Part shown: piece by piece, positions 1-9,306 of the stretch
Numbering within the stretch: position 1 is the stretch's first letter
How the letters are laid out: each line of letters opens with the position of its first letter
Source of the DNA: an uncultured Candidatus Saccharibacteria bacterium
GTDB lineage: Bacteria; Patescibacteriota; Doudnabacteria; UBA920
Direction: 5' to 3'
Assembly: GCA_964556325.1 (NCBI GenBank)
Contig: CAZKVS010000004.1
Coordinates: forward strand, 2,439-66,438
Length of the DNA: 64,000 nt
Translations under genes and position numbers: made by a program
The notes under the pieces: model-generated
Seen by the model: the letters and a program-made list of their open reading frames with translations, nothing else
What the model was told of the DNA's origin: nothing
Database searches by the model: none

Positions 1-146
1 CCACTTCTTGAGAGTTAACTCTCGTTATTTCAACTTAAAGTACTTACAGTATACCATATAATTTATCCCTCAGAAAATAACACACTCTTGTATGCATTTG
101 CATACAAGAGTGTGTGTATAAAATATTCAAAATAACCACCGAAATT

Positions 147-560
147 TTATACTCCTCCAGTGACACCAACATTGCTGAAATAGTTTGCCACCACGTTAGC
201 TAGGAAGTAAGCCAAGATAATTATGACCAAACCGATGATAGCGTTTATGATTGTATTTTTTCCCTTGGTAGCCCGATCTTCATTACCAGCAGAGGTAATG
301 TACAAGAAACCGCCAAAGATGATAAACAATACATCGAGCGCTAACGTAATACTAAGAACCCAATTAATGACAGTGAGGATGAGCAAATTTACATCCTTTA
401 CGTCATTACAGTTCAAGCCATTCAGCTTATCACAAATACCCCCCTGTCCTCCTCCTGGCAAAGCCGAAGCTTGTGCAATAGCAGGACCAGCAACCAAAGC
501 GACTACTAACATAAACTGCAACACTGCGGTCCAGTTTATTTTTTTAACAATTTGTTTCAA
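147..560 (-). CDS. TrbC/VirB2-like type IV secretion pilin-family protein (signal peptide, TM1, '..ITSAGNE..KGK..' loop, TM2)
   Basis: 137 aa; N-terminal signal peptide, two C-terminal hydrophobic helices separated by TSAGNE-x5-KGK motif typical of T4SS_pilin/TrbC-like proteins common in CPR; first of four tandem paralogs. Confidence 0.65.
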   Translation of the reverse strand: MKQIVKKINWTAVLQFMLVVALVAGPAIAQASALPGGGQGGICDKLNGLNCNDVKDVNLLILTVINWVLSITLALDVLFIIFGGFLYITSAGNEDRATKGKNTIINAIIGLVIIILAYFLANVVANYFSNVGVTGGV

Positions 561-681
561 GTCTTATATACCTTTCACGTACCAAGAGCCACCTCTTAGT
601 GCGCCATTACATTACAGTTAGTATACCATACACTATCGAGGCAATAATGGCCATGGGGCTACACACACTTTTGAGTAATAC

Positions 682-1371
682 CTAAAACACACTCCCTGTT
701 GTAGCCAAGCGCACTACTACAGTAACAATTGCATAGGCAAACAAGACTAAGCCTAAACCAATAATTGCCCACTTGATTGTTTTCTTTCCACTTTCTGCTT
801 TTTTATCATCACCGCTTGAGGTCATGTACTGATAACCACCAATAACGATGAACAAAATAGCCAACGCGCCTGCCAACCCAAACCCAATTCTGGTTGCTCT
901 CTGAATTGCCTCACCCGGTGTATAACAATTCGCCGCTAAGGGTCCTGGAGTACCCCCTCCAAAATCTATAAAATTTTGTGACAACTGACCACACTCCGCA
1001 GCCGGCTGAGTGGTAGTGGTGGTTTGGTTTACGCATGGCCCTTGTTGACTTACGGTTGGCACCAGCGCATGCCAAGTTTCCGGCCCCACTGCACCCTCTG
1101 TACAATTTAAGGGAATACTTTGTTGAAACCTCTGAACGGCTACCCGCGTTGCTTCATCGAAGCTGGGGTTAGCGGCGTCCAAAGGAGGCGTGGCAAAGTT
1201 ACGCGTATTCATTTCCCATTTCACATATTGTACGCATTGATTACTGTCCCCAACTTTTATTTGTGGGTATCCGGCACAGGTATAGGGATTAGTCGCGGCA
1301 AATGCGGGAGCTGCTAACAAAAGACTTAATCCGAGAGTAGCCACTAATACTTTGCATTTATATATAAACAT
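682..1371 (-). CDS. T4SS pilin-like paralog with extended Cys-rich N-terminal ectodomain
   Basis: 229 aa; signal peptide, about 150-aa Cys-containing domain, then the same C-terminal module (..YQYMTSSGDDKKAESGKKTIKWAIIGLGLVLF..). Confidence 0.6.
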   Translation of the reverse strand: MFIYKCKVLVATLGLSLLLAAPAFAATNPYTCAGYPQIKVGDSNQCVQYVKWEMNTRNFATPPLDAANPSFDEATRVAVQRFQQSIPLNCTEGAVGPETWHALVPTVSQQGPCVNQTTTTTQPAAECGQLSQNFIDFGGGTPGPLAANCYTPGEAIQRATRIGFGLAGALAILFIVIGGYQYMTSSGDDKKAESGKKTIKWAIIGLGLVLFAYAIVTVVVRLATTGSVF

Positions 1372-1386
1372 GCCTTTATAAAACTC

Positions 1387-1791
1387 TTATTTTCTTCCAA
1401 TCAAACTCTGCACCATAGCAATGACAGAGAACGACATGAGAGCAACCACAAGACCAAGCACAGCCCACTGTATAGTTTGCTTTCCTGCCGTCACCGCTTT
1501 CTCATTACCGGCTGAAGTTACCATGCGCACCGCACCAATTATTATAAACAATACCGACAAGGAACCAACCATGATAAGCAAAAACCGAATAAGCGCAACT
1601 ATTAACTCGCCTAAACTGTTATAACTAATTGGGTTTACAATCTGCCCCTCAGTTACTACCGGAGCACTGGCGACTTGCGCGATAGCCGCATGAGGAAAAA
1701 ATACCCCCAACGCAGCTACTACAAACAAACTTGCAAAGGCTATCTGCTTTGTATATTTCATAAGCAAATTATTGTGGCTTAATAAGGTCAT
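1387..1791 (-). CDS. T4SS pilin-like paralog
   Basis: 134 aa; ..VRMVTSAGNEKAVTAGKQTIQWAVLGLVVAL.. motif plus signal peptide. Confidence 0.65.
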   Translation of the reverse strand: MTLLSHNNLLMKYTKQIAFASLFVVAALGVFFPHAAIAQVASAPVVTEGQIVNPISYNSLGELIVALIRFLLIMVGSLSVLFIIIGAVRMVTSAGNEKAVTAGKQTIQWAVLGLVVALMSFSVIAMVQSLIGRK

Positions 1792-2236
1792 TTGAATGGT
1801 TGTTAGGGTCAGTAAAGCTACCAGGGTCTTTCAGTATATTTCCGCCTTGGGAGTAGCCAACGACCACAAAGATAGTTTGTACCAACACGTAAGAAACGAG
1901 GATGACCGCAAGACCTATGAGAGAATTGGTCACCGCTTTTTTACCAGCGGCCTGCCCCGAAGGATTACCCGCCGAAGTAACCATTAAAAAGCCACCATAC
2001 ACCACTCCTCCGGTAGCCACTACGGCCGCACCAGAAAACAAGTATGTCACCAACCGTGCTGCGGTACTGAATAAATCTCCCAGTTTACAACCACTGGCAG
2101 CATCGCCGGTAGTCTCGTTGCCGCACGTCACTAAAGCTGCCTGTGCGTGCGGGGCTACCCGCAACAGCACCCCGCTCATAAGCGTGACGGCTACTGTAGA
2201 CAAAACAATGGCATACAAAAAGTGTCTCATAAGCAA
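1769..2236 (-). CDS. T4SS pilin-like paralog
   Basis: 155 aa; ..FLMVTSAGNPSGQAAGKKAVTNSLIGLAVIL.. motif; overlaps the previous ORF by about 20 nt, so the true start may be internal. Confidence 0.6.
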   Translation of the reverse strand: MLMRHFLYAIVLSTVAVTLMSGVLLRVAPHAQAALVTCGNETTGDAASGCKLGDLFSTAARLVTYLFSGAAVVATGGVVYGGFLMVTSAGNPSGQAAGKKAVTNSLIGLAVILVSYVLVQTIFVVVGYSQGGNILKDPGSFTDPNNHSNDLIKPQ

Positions 2237-2251
2237 TAGGTAAAAAATAAT

Positions 2252-3562
2252 TTAAGGACGCGGAATAGTAATTGCTCCAGCCTGACTTAATGCCTGGCCT
2301 AATGCTGTGCCGGCATCTATACCCCGAAGAGTCACATCGTCCAGCATTTTGGAAATAAGCGCGTCCACCTTTCTTTGATCAGGTCGATAAAAATTCTTCG
2401 CAGTTAAATTCGCATGAGCAAACACCCCAATATCTGGATCTTGTGTCTGCAATTCAATCAAGTCTTTACGACTCGAGGGTAACTTATGCGCAGCATAATA
2501 CTGATCAAGAGCCGCTTTGTCGCTAATAGTCTTCAAAAACTCCCAAGCACCATCCGTACTCTTACTCTGCTTGCTCACTACATAACCCCAATAATTAGCA
2601 AAATTAACTTCCGGATTATCTAAGTCCGGCTGGGGTACCGGAGCCACATCAAAGTTCAGGTTAGAAGCTTTTTGCTGGATAAGCTGACGTGCATACGAAT
2701 AGTCAATTATCATTGCAGCCCGGCCATTAGCAAACGCGTCTATAGAATAGTCGCTCTTGGTATTCCAGGTATAGTTGCGACTAACAGGATTTGAAAAGCC
2801 AGTATAAAAATTTATAGCATCAACTGCGGGCTGACTACTCACCCCGCTCGGGGCGGGTTGACCGAATAAAGGAGAACTTCCATCAGGCGACCAAGACTGT
2901 CCCCCTTTTTGCAATTGGAACAAATAAAACAGGTCTTCCGCTCGATGAATCTGACCTCCGGGAGCGGTACTAGAAAGACCCAGTGCTACCCCACTTCGAT
3001 TAAAATAGCCCAATTGACTCTGACGTGTGAGCTTCTGTGTATCTCGTTGTAGCTCATCCCAGGTTTTTGGGGGGGTTGCTATTCCAGCAGAACCTAAAAG
3101 GTCTTTATTATAGTACAAAGCTAAACTATCTACATAGTTTGCAGTACCGTATATCTTTCTGTCTCGCACAAAGTCATTCACCACTACATCCACAAAAGCA
3201 TTCTTGTAGTCTGTATAGTTCCATAAGGCCGCCGGAGCTGGCACAACCTTATCTAAATATTTCGGCAACCACGCATTATTAACTGTGAAAACGTCTGGAC
3301 CTTGGCCAGAGGCGAGCGCGTTTATCAAATCTTCTTCGTACGTCTCTACTGGTTTCACCACAAAAGAAACAGTGGAGCTTGGGTGCTTCTTCTGATAATA
3401 CGCCAATAAAGGCTGGAACTGGCTGCTATCCTCAAAGACTGACCACACCACCAGATTTACTGGCTTTGCACTTGGCGCGGCTCCACACCCTGAGAACACC
3501 AAAGCTATCAAAGCAAAGATGCTTATTTTTCCTAGCAAATTAGTTTTCAATTTTAATTTCAT
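2252..3562 (-). CDS. Extracellular solute-binding lipoprotein (ABC transporter family-1 SBP, sugar-type), orphan
   Basis: 436 aa; lipobox FSGC after signal peptide; SBP_bac_1-like composition; no permease or ATPase gene adjacent. Confidence 0.75.
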   Translation of the reverse strand: MKLKLKTNLLGKISIFALIALVFSGCGAAPSAKPVNLVVWSVFEDSSQFQPLLAYYQKKHPSSTVSFVVKPVETYEEDLINALASGQGPDVFTVNNAWLPKYLDKVVPAPAALWNYTDYKNAFVDVVVNDFVRDRKIYGTANYVDSLALYYNKDLLGSAGIATPPKTWDELQRDTQKLTRQSQLGYFNRSGVALGLSSTAPGGQIHRAEDLFYLFQLQKGGQSWSPDGSSPLFGQPAPSGVSSQPAVDAINFYTGFSNPVSRNYTWNTKSDYSIDAFANGRAAMIIDYSYARQLIQQKASNLNFDVAPVPQPDLDNPEVNFANYWGYVVSKQSKSTDGAWEFLKTISDKAALDQYYAAHKLPSSRKDLIELQTQDPDIGVFAHANLTAKNFYRPDQRKVDALISKMLDDVTLRGIDAGTALGQALSQAGAITIPRP

Positions 3563-3604
3563 ATACAGAGCAATTATGTACTAACAATAGTATAGCAAAA
3601 AATA

Positions 3605-3625
3605 CCCCCGACTCCGAGTCGGGGG
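3605..3625. terminator. Rho-independent terminator hairpin cccccgactccgagtcggggg (downstream of galU)
   Basis: Perfect 8-bp GC stem; the same CCCGACTCCGAGTCGGG core recurs (inverted) at 23768-23788. Confidence 0.6.
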
Positions 3626-3643
3626 TACAAATCAAGCAATTGT

Positions 3644-4543
3644 CTACAAAGCTAGACTTTTTATATATTCTCTGAGTTCGTCTCGTAAATCGTCATGTAG
3701 CAAACCAAACTCAATCACTGTTTTAAGATACTCTAACTTATTACCGCAATCATGATACTTGCCGTTCTTAATCTCTATTGCGTGCACCGCTTTACTTTGT
3801 TCCAATAAAATATTGATACCGTCTGTATAATAGAGCTCTTGTCCTGCTACTTTATTTTTTTCCATTCGATACATTGCCTCTTGTATAGCGCCAATCATTT
3901 CAGGGCCAAATAAGAAGCCAGAAACCACTGCAAAATCAGAATCAATAACCCCAGGGCCAGGCTTCTCCACCATGCGCTCAACCTGCATAACCCCCTCAGC
4001 CACGCTATGACCATCAACATAGCCGTATCGTTTATAATCATCAGGAGAACTTCGGCGCACACTACTTAGTACTGCGCTTCCACCATATTGCTCGTAAGCA
4101 GCGACTAGTTGTTGACATCGAGTCGGCGTAGCTGTAATAAAATCATCGGCCCATAAAAACAAAAATGGATCGTCACCAATAAAGCTGCGCGCGTTCCAGA
4201 TGGGTGTTCCATTACCATACGGCCCTTTCTGACGGATGTAGATAAAATTTGCCAAATTAGCAATGCGGCGAACTTCATCCGCCTGCTCGTGTTTACCTGC
4301 CTCTTCTAAACGCTTTTCTAACTCAAAAGGATAATCAAAGTGGTCTTCTATACTGCGCTTATGCCAGCCCGTCACTATGGCCACCTCTTCAATACCTGCC
4401 GACACTACATCTTCTACTACATATTGAATAATAGGCTTATCTACTAAAGGGAGCATCTCTTTAGGCATTGCCTTGGTTGCAGGTAAAAAGCGAGTACCAA
4501 ACCCCGCTGCCGCTATAACCGCTTTTCTTACTTTTTGAGCCAT
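3644..4543 (-). CDS. galU: UTP--glucose-1-phosphate uridylyltransferase
   Basis: KAVIAAAGFGTRFLPATKAMPKEMLPLVDKPIIQYVVE N-terminal signature of GalU. Confidence 0.85.
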   Translation of the reverse strand: MAQKVRKAVIAAAGFGTRFLPATKAMPKEMLPLVDKPIIQYVVEDVVSAGIEEVAIVTGWHKRSIEDHFDYPFELEKRLEEAGKHEQADEVRRIANLANFIYIRQKGPYGNGTPIWNARSFIGDDPFLFLWADDFITATPTRCQQLVAAYEQYGGSAVLSSVRRSSPDDYKRYGYVDGHSVAEGVMQVERMVEKPGPGVIDSDFAVVSGFLFGPEMIGAIQEAMYRMEKNKVAGQELYYTDGINILLEQSKAVHAIEIKNGKYHDCGNKLEYLKTVIEFGLLHDDLRDELREYIKSLAL

Positions 4544-4651
4544 ATAAAATAGTTAATTCTCATATATATGATGTACTATGCACGAAAGACTGTCAAAGCG
4601 CACAAAGCCCCCATATACTATATAATATTGACAAGTAACTAAATTCCACCA

Positions 4652-6127
4652 ATGAATCCACGGACGAAAAATATACTCCATTCGTTCCTTCACAACACGT
4701 ACCTTCACATATTTTTACTCACCCTTATTATCGCCTGCGCACAATGGTATAATCGAAATATTTTCGGAGACCCAGATGCGCAATACCACCTCACCGTTGC
4801 CAAACTGATGCCACTGTGGCCCACCTCAACCGAATTCTTCTGGCTTCCGTTCACCAGCTGGGGAAGTGCGTACGCAGACCAACACTACTTATTCCATCTA
4901 CTGCTCAAACCATTTGCTCTGCTTAATAGCGGGCAAACAGTTATACTATTTGGATTCCTGATAAACATTCTGGGTTTTAACTGGCTACTCAAACAAGTTA
5001 CCGGTACAAACCGAGTCCCCTGGCTTTGGCTCTACACGCTCGGATCCGCCGATTTACTTACCCGAGTAAGTCTCATAAAAGCGGAAGCAACCGGTATGGT
5101 GTTCCTATATTTACTTACCGGGTTACTTATCAAACGAAAATGGTCATGGCTTTTACCCGTTATGACCCTCTATACGCTTTGGTACGGGGGGAGTACAGTT
5201 TTCTTGGTCATACTGGCTGCATACTGTGCAGTAGAATTTTTTCGCACAAGGACCATTTTACTTAAACCCATATATTGGACCCTTGGCGGACTCTTACTAG
5301 GACTCTTACTAGGTCCCTACAGGGCAACCCTCCCCGCGCTCTTGTATGACCAAATAACTCGGGCCGGCCTGCTCAGAGAAATACCAGGAGGAAATGAATG
5401 GTATAGCCAGCCCGCGGCGTTCCTACCGGACAATATTCTTGTCTTCTTGCCCTGGATAGCAAGCTTGTTTTTTCTTATAAAAGAAAAAAAATATGCAACT
5501 CGAACTCTCTGGTTTATATCTCTCAGCAGTTGCACGCTCTTTCTTCTCGCGCTTTACTCAAACCGCATAACACTCTATTGGATTCCGTACGGACTTCTAC
5601 TGACGGCTTCCATGCTTCCTCACCCCGTGGAGCAAGCATGGAAAAAATTATATACATCCACCGACCAAAAACTCAGAAAAATACTTATAGTAGCGTTATT
5701 AATCTTCGCTTGCCTGCGAGGAGTACAGAATTTTTTCAACATAACCTCAACCATTCATCGAATTGGCCTACCAATCGCCCGACTACGGAATGCGGCAAAC
5801 TGGCTCAATACCCACACACAACCCGGTGATGTCATTACCAATGTGTCATGGCATATATTCCCCGAGCTTTTCTACTGGAACACAAAAAACAGATACATCG
5901 CTGGCGAAGACCCTGCTTTTCTTTGGATTGCCGACTCTTCTCGATACACCATATGGAGCCAATTGGAGACACCTCTTTCACCCCAGGAGCTAGCAACGAG
6001 TATGACTGCATTCAATAGCAGCTGGCTTATTGCACCAAAAAGCCTTTACCAAAATTTACCCAAAAATTCCTATGTAGAGCAGGTGTATGAAGACAATGCT
6101 GTCCATATTATCCACCTAATCAAATAA
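4652..6127 (+). CDS. Polytopic integral membrane protein (possibly GT-C/ArnT/PMT-like glycosyltransferase)
   Basis: 491 aa, more than 10 predicted TM helices, aromatic-rich; function not certain. Confidence 0.55.
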   Translation: MNPRTKNILHSFLHNTYLHIFLLTLIIACAQWYNRNIFGDPDAQYHLTVAKLMPLWPTSTEFFWLPFTSWGSAYADQHYLFHLLLKPFALLNSGQTVILFGFLINILGFNWLLKQVTGTNRVPWLWLYTLGSADLLTRVSLIKAEATGMVFLYLLTGLLIKRKWSWLLPVMTLYTLWYGGSTVFLVILAAYCAVEFFRTRTILLKPIYWTLGGLLLGLLLGPYRATLPALLYDQITRAGLLREIPGGNEWYSQPAAFLPDNILVFLPWIASLFFLIKEKKYATRTLWFISLSSCTLFLLALYSNRITLYWIPYGLLLTASMLPHPVEQAWKKLYTSTDQKLRKILIVALLIFACLRGVQNFFNITSTIHRIGLPIARLRNAANWLNTHTQPGDVITNVSWHIFPELFYWNTKNRYIAGEDPAFLWIADSSRYTIWSQLETPLSPQELATSMTAFNSSWLIAPKSLYQNLPKNSYVEQVYEDNAVHIIHLIK

Positions 6128-6130
6128 AGC

Positions 6131-7639
6131 CTAAGAAGTTTTAGGCCTATATTGAATACTCTCAGCCAAATGCTCTGAGTTTATATGTTCAAATCCGGAT
6201 AAATCCGCTATTGTCCGCGCAACTTTCAAAATTCTATGAATACTTCTACCAGAAAGTGCATATTTATCAGCTGCGGCAGAAAGTAAACTACTTTCAGTTT
6301 GGCCCAAAGCACAATACGTGCGTATTTCAACTACATTCATGTCGCTGTTGCTTTTGGCCTCACCGAGCCGTTGTGCTTGTACTCTACGAGCAGCAGATAC
6401 TCGAGCCGCAACCTGCTCAGACCGTTCGGAGCGAGTCACGGTATTTAATTTTTCATAAGACAAGCGAGGCACATTAATATGTATATCAATTCTATCCAAT
6501 AATGGGCCAGAAAGTTTCTTTTGATAATTATACACTTGCGTTGGTGTACACATACATCGCTTATCACCATCTCCAAAGTAACCGCAGGGGCAAGGGTTTT
6601 GAGCAGCTACAAGCATAAATTTAGCCGGAAACGTAAAGGTGTTTTTCGAACGAGAAACTGTAACAACACCGTCTTCAAGCGGCTGCCGCAAGGCTTCTAA
6701 TACATTGCGAGGGAACTCAGGGAGCTCATCTAAAAACAAAACACCTCTGTGCGCCAAGCTAATTTCTCCCGGCCGAGGGACACTGCCTCCTCCAACCAAC
6801 GCAACACTCGATGTGGTGTGATGAGGACTTCGTACGGGACGAGTCGTAACTACTCCCTTTGGGGGCAGCTGTCCCGCAATACTATATATCCTGGTCAGAT
6901 CCAAACACTCCAGCAAAGAAAGTGGAGGAAGTATTCCCGCCATTGCCCGGGCCAATAAAGTCTTGCCCGAACCAGGAGGACCTGACATAAGCACATTATG
7001 ACCACCACTTGAGGCAATTTCCAAAGCTCGTTTAGCCATTTCCTGGCCTGCTATGTCCGCAAGATCAAGACCTCCCGAAGCCACCTGTAAAAATGATTCT
7101 ACGGATACGGTGGGAACGGGCTGCATAAGACGCGTACCAAGTACGTGCAATAAAACTTGTTCGAGGTTTTGACACGCAAAGACGGCAACACCATTCACGA
7201 GCGCCGCCTCAGATGCGTTTGATTCCGGAACAAAGAGAGCCTTAACTCCCATACTTGCTGCTTTCAACGCGATGGGCAATATCCCAGAAACTGGACGAAC
7301 TGCCCCGTTTAATGCGAGCTCGCCTACAAACCACGAATCCTCCAAGGATAATACATACTGCTCCGAAGCTCCTACTATTGCAAGAGCAATTGGCAAATCA
7401 AACAAGGTCCCAATTTTCGGAGTATCAGCAGGAGCGAGATTAACAGATACTCTCGTTTGAGGATACTTGCACCCACTGTTCTTTAAGGCACTCCGCACCC
7501 TTTCTTTACTTTCTTGCACGGCTGCATCGGGCAATCCAACTATAATCGTAGCCGGTAGGCCGTTCGCAACATCAGCCTCTACCGTAATTGGCGCTGCTTC
7601 TAATCCCACTATTGTTGCAGTTGTTATATGGGCAACCAT
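6131..7639 (-). CDS. comM: YifB/ComM family Mg-chelatase-like AAA+ ATPase
   Basis: N-terminal ChlI/ComM domain (TIVGLEA..VEADV..GLP), Walker A GPPGSGKT, C-terminal Mg_chelatase_C. Confidence 0.85.
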   Translation of the reverse strand: MVAHITTATIVGLEAAPITVEADVANGLPATIIVGLPDAAVQESKERVRSALKNSGCKYPQTRVSVNLAPADTPKIGTLFDLPIALAIVGASEQYVLSLEDSWFVGELALNGAVRPVSGILPIALKAASMGVKALFVPESNASEAALVNGVAVFACQNLEQVLLHVLGTRLMQPVPTVSVESFLQVASGGLDLADIAGQEMAKRALEIASSGGHNVLMSGPPGSGKTLLARAMAGILPPLSLLECLDLTRIYSIAGQLPPKGVVTTRPVRSPHHTTSSVALVGGGSVPRPGEISLAHRGVLFLDELPEFPRNVLEALRQPLEDGVVTVSRSKNTFTFPAKFMLVAAQNPCPCGYFGDGDKRCMCTPTQVYNYQKKLSGPLLDRIDIHINVPRLSYEKLNTVTRSERSEQVAARVSAARRVQAQRLGEAKSNSDMNVVEIRTYCALGQTESSLLSAAADKYALSGRSIHRILKVARTIADLSGFEHINSEHLAESIQYRPKTS

Positions 7640-7645
7640 GAATGC

Positions 7646-8167
7646 TCAGGAAATATTCTTAGCGTGATTTCGGAGCGAAGACAAACAAATAATACATATA
7701 CCTAAAACTATCCAAACATCTCCAAGGTTAAAATATCCGTTACCGAAATGGATAAAATCCCGCACATACCCAAAATATACTCTATCAAAAATATTAGCAA
7801 TGGCACCCACGCATACCATTAACCACGCAAAATTTATTACTGTACTATGTTCGCTCCAATTACCTATCATAAATCGCACCAAGGCGATTAAAACAACTCC
7901 ATATATACCATATATAAAAACGAGCGGCACCTTAAGGCTAAAGGCAAAGTCGTAATTTCGAAACTCAGAGAAGCTAAAACCCACGAGGGTCCCATCTCCA
8001 CACGCATGGGCAAAGCAGACAAAGCGAGTTGCCATGTCGACGCTCAATAGAATAACCAAAGCGAACAAAAAAACAGGCACCGTCCCTGCGTGAGACGATA
8101 TGCCTGTTATAGTATTGGCATAATTGCCTAAACCAAAACCAATTACTTTTTTTTTAACGATTGGCAT
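7646..8167 (-). CDS. lspA: Lipoprotein signal peptidase (signal peptidase II)
   Basis: GAIANIFDRVYFGYVRDFIHFG...FNLGDVWIVLG matches LspA conserved boxes; 4 TM. Confidence 0.7.
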   Translation of the reverse strand: MPIVKKKVIGFGLGNYANTITGISSHAGTVPVFLFALVILLSVDMATRFVCFAHACGDGTLVGFSFSEFRNYDFAFSLKVPLVFIYGIYGVVLIALVRFMIGNWSEHSTVINFAWLMVCVGAIANIFDRVYFGYVRDFIHFGNGYFNLGDVWIVLGICIICLSSLRNHAKNIS

Positions 8168-8196
8168 AGGAAATACTCATCATAGTTGCAAACGCT

Positions 8197-8499
8197 CTAA
8201 ATAGCCCTGTCTGCATACGGATTCGCTTCGAGTCGTTCAGGAGGTATGTCCGCACCATCATCCCCCACCCCATACGTACCAGCATCAATTTTTTGCAAGG
8301 CAGTTTCAATTTTCAATAAATCCGCTTTAATAAGAGCAATAACATCCTGATTTGCTTCGTCTAGGGGCAACTCACCTGCAGCGTCCTCACCTTCCCCCAA
8401 TTCTGTATGAGGCGCGACGCCAGCCACCTCTTCCTGCAGTCTCTTTTGATCTGCAAGCAGTCGTTGTCGCATTTGTTCAATAAATTCTTGTGTAAGCAT
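8197..8499 (-). CDS. DksA/TraR-like protein lacking the Cys4 zinc finger
   Basis: 100 aa, acidic coiled coil plus C-terminal GTYGVGDDGADIPPERLEANPYA resembling the DksA C-terminus without cysteines. Confidence 0.4.
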   Translation of the reverse strand: MLTQEFIEQMRQRLLADQKRLQEEVAGVAPHTELGEGEDAAGELPLDEANQDVIALIKADLLKIETALQKIDAGTYGVGDDGADIPPERLEANPYADRAI

Positions 8500-9306
8500 A
8501 TATGTAGTATATCATATTGATTTCTTTTTTCTCGCATAGAGTCAAGTTTAATTCACTTCATGCAAGAAAAAACCACAAAAAAAACGAACCTAGATATGAC
8601 AAAAGGCCCCTGCAAGGGAACCACGTTAAATAAAGTGTTCCGCAGAGGCCTATAGCCCCTAAAGCTTGAATCACTTTACGCGCGGTATTAAACTACTAAG
8701 CATTTGGTAGCTTAACACCGTGCGTAAGGCAATATTTTCGTCACTTTGAGGTTTTCTCAACTGTAAACAGATGAGATAGCGTCTGACATTCAAGTCTGTG
8801 CCAAACTGGACCTTAAGCTCCTCTTCTGGTGGGCTTCCACCTAAAATAAATTGTTCTTTTGATTTTTTGATTTTTGTTTGATGTGTTCACCTAAAATTTT
8901 GTTAGGAAAACTAGAACCTACATTTTTGTTTTTATTTTGTACAATCAGCTCGGACTTGACGAGCTATGACGAAGAGCTAAAGGAGAACTGAGCATAATGA
9001 GTAGAATAAAGAATTTGGAATAATGAATTTTGAAAAATTCTTTATTTATAATTCTGAATTCTAATTTTCGCGCAGGTTTCCTTCTTCCAATCTTATCCCT
9101 TATGTTGGGATTGGCACGTATTGATTTGTTAATGTGCTATTTAACTTACATAGTAATTGTAATTTTTAGCATCATTTATGTCAATGCAATGGTGTGTATA
9201 GAGTCTTATTTGCGCATATATCTAAGGAGAATACTTTTGAAAAAATTAAAATATCACTTCATCCACATTTTATGGTATGCAATCCACATGTGGATAAGTA
9301 GGCTAC

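Noticed and set aside
223-621. 132-aa plus-strand ORF
   Set aside because: Lies entirely antisense to the pilin-like gene 147..560, whose product has clear signal-peptide and TM structure; Pro/Ser-rich antisense artefact.
8540-8900. Structured ncRNA (SRP RNA, 6S or tmRNA) in the long non-coding stretch
   Set aside because: Looked for the SRP domain-IV motif, the tmRNA GGGG...tRNA-like end and 6S bubble features and found none convincingly; cannot support a call without covariance-model search.
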